A stretch of 64,000 bases of DNA from Eledone cirrhosa (taxonomy: Eukaryota), in assembly GCA_964016885.1 (NCBI GenBank), contig OZ024743.1, positions 297,972,001 to 298,036,000 on the forward strand, read 5' to 3'. Positions 59,601 to 64,000 of the stretch are shown here, one piece after another. The notes below the pieces were generated by a model, which did no database searches, was not told where the DNA came from, and worked only from the letters and a program-made list of their open reading frames with translations. Made by a program: the position numbers and the translations under genes. The first letter of the stretch is position 1; the number at the start of each line of letters is the position of its first letter.

Positions 59601-59791
59601 GCGCCCTAGCTCTGTGGAGGTTACAGCAGGAGCATCGTCCATATTCAGGTGGATGGCGAACTTTGACAATGAGTGAGGTGATGGGGTGGTCTTTGAGATC
59701 AGGGGTGTGAGAAGGGGGCCTAGCTGGAAGGATTAGGGCATATGATGTCACATAAGTGGATGTAGGATTGCAGTGTCGGAGGGAGGTAATT

Positions 59792-59936
59792 TGTTGTGCG
59801 AGTTTGGGGTATACGTCGATAAGTTCTGATCAGAGAATAGGTGGGTAAAGCTCTCATGGTTATATCCCATCTGGACAAGATCAATGACAGGAGAAGACCT
59901 GCGAGGTAGGTGAGCTATGCTTTTTCCTTTACAACA
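59792..59936 (+). mobile_element. Candidate short 3' LTR
   Basis: tgttgt...acaaca inverted termini, preceded by the purine tract ggagggagg, downstream of the integrase. Confidence 0.45.
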
Positions 59937-60080
59937 ACGAACATGACTTTTAGCTCTGCCAATGACTTAGAATCCTTTCTGTATATGCTGAACAATGGTG
60001 ACAACAGTGGCGGATTTAACAGGTGGCGAAGGTGGCAAATGCCGACTGGGCGCTTGCAAAAAAAAAAAAATTGTAATTTG

Positions 60081-61397
60081 GGCGATATCCAAAAATACCT
60101 CCCCCATGCCTAGGGCTAAATAACTTCGCTGTTCGCTGCTGATATGAGGCTAAATAACTTCGCTGCTGGCTGCTGAAATGAGGCTATTCCAACAAATTTA
60201 CATTCCCTTTTTTTTAGCCGTTAAAAGAAATATAGATTTATTTATTTATTTGAAACGTTTTTGTTAGTTTCATTGTTTTGTTTTTTTGGCGATATTTTTG
60301 TTAGTTTCTTGTTTTTTTTTTAGTTTCTTTTTTTGGGCGTTTTTTGCCAGGTTTTTTTTTATAGATTTATTTATTTATTTTTAACGTTTTTGTTAGTTTT
60401 TGTGTCACAAACATTGCTCTCCGACGCTCTACCGATAATAGTAAGTATTAGTGGTTGTAATAAAAATGCAATCAAAATGTAATAAATACCTGCACTGATT
60501 TCTTTCCTTATATTATCAACAGAAGTTGGTATGTCACCCAAAGTTTCTAATTCCTTCTCCACAGTAAGACAAATATCCATGTGTAGTTGAAGAGGATAAG
60601 TATGAAAGAACAGTCATTGGTAAAGTGTTCTATGAATGTTTTCGAAGGAATGAATAATTTCAGTTTAAAATCAATTTCACTTTAACTTATATACAAATCA
60701 ATTATAAGATAACAGAACTATGTTATTTCACCTTTAGCAGGGAGCTAGTTATGCCAATTCGTGGAAAATACCCAAACAAGTTAAAGTGAAATTGATTTTA
60801 AACTGAAATTATTCATTCGTTCGAAAACATTCATAGAACACTGTACCAAAGACTGTTCTTTCATACTTATCCTCTTCAACTACACATGGATATTTGTCTT
60901 ACTGTGGAGAAGGAATTAGAAACTTTGGGTGACATACCAACTTCTGTTGATAATATAAGGAAAGAAATCAGTGAAGGTATTTATTACGTTTTGATTGCAT
61001 TTTTATTACAACCACTAATACTTACTATTATCGGTAGAGCGTCGGAGAGCAATGTTTGTGACATAAAAACAAAACAAAAACTAACAAAAACGTTAAAAAT
61101 AAATAAATAAATCTATAAAAAAAACCTGGCAAAAAACGCCAAAAAAAAAGAAACTAAAAAAAAAAACCAAGAAACTAACAAAAATATCGCCAAAAAAACA
61201 AAACAAAGAAACTAACAAAAACGTTTCAAATAAATAAATAAATCTATATTTCTTTTAACGGCTAAAAAAAGGGAATGTAAATTTGTTGGAATAGCCTCAT
61301 TTCAGCAGCCAGCAGCGAAGTTATTTAGCCTCATATCAGCAGCGAACAGCGAAGTTATTTAGCCCTAGGCATGGGGGAGGTATTTTTGGATATCGCC
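60081..61397. mobile_element. Nested fold-back transposon, ~610-bp arms, 8-bp TSD, GGCGA termini (Merlin-like)
   Basis: Arms 60081-60688 and 60778-61397; perfect TSD gtaatttg at 60073-60080 and 61398-61405. Confidence 0.9.
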
Positions 61398-61527
61398 GTA
61401 ATTTGTTTTATTGGGCCACAGTTTAAAAATATTAAAGCATTAAAATTGTGTAAGCAACAAATAATTGGTAAGTTCCTTTTATTATTTCCTATACCTAGTT
61501 TATATTTTGTTTGTAGACTGACTCACA

Positions 61528-64000
61528 ATGAATAAGAAGAAGTTTTCATCAGGTGCTGAGAAGCGTGCACTCAAAAGAAAAAAGGATTTGGAATCAGCAG
61601 GCAAAGCAAAAAATCAAAGATTATTGACTTTTTCTGCGCCCCATAGTGCAGATATTGAGGATGTTGCAGAAGAAAATATTCCTACAATATCTACAGGTGA
61701 AGCTGAAACTATTCCTGAAGTGGCTGAACCTGTGCTTCCTTCTCAAGTGACTGAACCTGCTGTAGAAAATATAAATCTTTCTGAAGTTGAAAATGAACTT
61801 TCTGAAATTAGTCAGGCTTCAATGCCATTTTTAAATGACAAAGCACGATTTGACACAGGAAAGAATAAAGTGAAAGATTACTTGAACATTTTAGTTGAAA
61901 GGGGTGCTTATCAACCTTTGGAAAATGATATGCCTACAGGAGACTATCCCATTATCCATTCTAGAAAATTCAAGAGCAGTTACTATAATTTTAAAAACCC
62001 CCTTGAAGAACGAGTACACAGATACTGGCTTGCTTATTCATACAAAGGTAATTATTGTTACTGCCATCATTGCTGGTTATTTGGTGATGAAGAGACCAAA
62101 AACTCGCCATGGTCAAAGAGTATGAATGATTGGAAGCACATTTCCAAAAGCATTGAAAAACACTCTCAATCAAAAATTCATCACAGAGCAGTATATGCCT
62201 ATAAACAGTTCGCCAAGAATATGTCCATTGGAGTTTCAGTGAAAAAACAAATGGATGCAGAAGTTCAAAAATGGAAATATGTTCTTAAATCATTAGTTCG
62301 GACTTTTACGAGAACTTACATGTCTAGGATTGCCACTAAGAGGTCATAGAGAATCCTTGGTTGCTGATAATCCAGGTGTGTACTTATCAATATTAAGGCA
62401 CATAAGCACAATCGATCCTATTCTTAAACAACATTTTGAGGACAAGGGACAACTCAAATATCTGAGCAAAACTATCTTTGAGGAACAAGTCCAGATTCTT
62501 TCAAAAATGACACTTGACAAAATTGTTGATCTTTGCAAGGAAGCCAAATTTTTCACTGTGATTGCTGATTCTACAACTGATATAAGTCATAAGGACCAAA
62601 TGGCGGTGCTATTGAGATTTATAAAAATTGACAGACTTGAAAAGTCAGTGGAAATTGTAGAACACTTTGTTGGATATTATCATGTCCTTGATGCTAGTGC
62701 AATTGGTATTACCAGTGTCATTGAAAAGGCATTGTTTGAAGAACTTGGCTTGCAGCGCAAACATCTTAAAGGACAGGCATATGATGGAGCATCTGTGATG
62801 AGTGGGGAATTAGGTGGTGTTCAAGCTTTACTAAAAAAGAATATGGCACTGGACGGAAATAATTTTGTTCCATATGTTCACTGTCCTCCCCACCAACTCA
62901 ATCTAGTTCTTGAACATGCAGCTCAAAGTGGTACTCCTCCACCTCTTGTTGAAATTAAATGCTTCTTTGATAACATTCAATCTATCTATGCTTTCTTTGT
63001 TAATTCAAATAGACGCTGGAGTCAACTTCTTGATATGGCAAAAGGTCAGGAGAAGAATCTTTTAGAAGCTGTTGAGAAGGTTATTTCTAATTCAATTGAC
63101 GAAGAAGTTGAAGATGAGCATATATGTGGCTCATCAAGATCCGGAACCTTGAAATCACTCTCTCAGACAAGGTGGTCAGCCAGACATAATGCAGTTTCTG
63201 CTCTCCTGGGAAACTTTCACAATGTCAGTGAATGTCTGGCAGATTTGATAGAAGAAAATCATGACTCAAATGAAGTAAAACAGGCAACTGATTTGCAAGG
63301 GAAAATGGACTGGACTTTTTTCCTATCTCTACTTTGGTGGAACAAAGTGTTAGAAAATATGAATTCAGCTAATCGTCTTCTACAAGCTAAGACAATTGAT
63401 TTATTCCTTGTGACTGAGTGCTTTGAACATTCAACAGATAAATTGGAAGAACTCAGATGCGATCACAAATTTGAACAATTTGTGGACCAGGCAAAGAAAG
63501 CCTGGAATGACGTGGGATTTGATGCATCTGAAGCTGATTTTAAAATAACGCGAGTAAGGAGAACAAAGATTATGGATGGTGAAGTTTGTGGTGTTGAAAG
63601 ACTAGCTACTGCTTCAGATAGATATCGCACTGCAATTTATTTTCAATCACTGGATAGTGTGATTGGGGAGATGAGAGCCCGAACTGAAGGAATAAAAAAA
63701 ATATCTTCAATCTTTGGATTTTTGAGTCCAAATCGACTGGCTAAATGCTCAGATGATGAACTAAAAACAAATGTAGCAACATTGGTAGATAACTTTCCAA
63801 ATGAATTCACACTGGAACTCAGAAATGAACTCTTTTCTTTCATTGGCCTCTACTTTTCACAGCCAAACGCAGCTTTAAAACAAAGTGGGGTTATGCCATA
63901 TCTGAAATTTTTACCGAACAATGACTTGTGTGATGTCTTTCCCGAGTTTGAAATTCTGGTAAGGCTATTTCTCACTTTACCAATTAGCATAGCAAGTGCG
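61528..64000 (+). pseudogene. hAT transposase with TTF-type zinc finger; one frameshift near 62300
   Basis: WLAYS..YCYCHHCWLF..WKH..H..SKIH, then in a shifted frame LPLRGH, IADSTTDISHKDQM, GQAYDGASVMSG, YVHCPPHQLNL, TRWSAR, FLTLPISIASA. Confidence 0.9.

Larger units (their letters stand above)
60005..64000 (+). mobile_element. hAT transposon (Tip100/ZMYM1-like), runs off the window end
   Basis: Left TIR CAGTGGCGGATTTA; short 5' UTR intron ~61468-61516; transposase follows. Confidence 0.85.

Noticed and set aside
60371-61110. Mirror-image 69/74-aa ORFs
   Set aside because: A consequence of the inverted arms; no recognisable motif.

Overview
Eukaryotic, repeat-dominated animal DNA. The SINE/LINE repertoire and (AT)n arrays look like a coleoid cephalopod (octopus-like) genome; that is an inference, not a database result. 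Positions 1-31.4 kb are a fragmented (AT)n microsatellite field holding nested insertions. These include RTE-clade LINEs (one intact 1056-aa EN+RT ORF with a PHD finger inside the RT, one 5'-inverted copy, and several truncated or decayed copies), tRNA-derived SINEs, a decayed RepHel Helitron, a chain of non-autonomous Helitrons, and fold-back hairpins, two with hammerhead-ribozyme cores (Penelope-like). Positions 33-60 kb contain one host gene on the minus strand, a 4-exon BTB/POZ protein of about 490 aa that I reconstructed by hand, among old CR1, Penelope, CRE, Gypsy, RTE and MITE relics. The window ends in a hAT transposon with a 1.3-kb fold-back element nested in its 5' end. Most interesting leads: (i) three or four stand-alone ORFs/exons of 23-aa STPR-like repeats, two retained in deleted Helitrons and two upstream of the BTB gene; (ii) hammerhead-bearing hairpin insertions in (AT)n; (iii) a variable-copy 3'UTR module of the RTEs, a covarying stem with a CUGUAA(A) loop followed by a pseudoknot-like fold ending in CCCA, resembling a tRNA-Tyr mimic; (iv) an A-to-G hypermutated SINE; (v) histone-type stem-loops inside a CACTA-ended fold-back element. 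All calls are by eye; coordinates of decayed elements are approximate.
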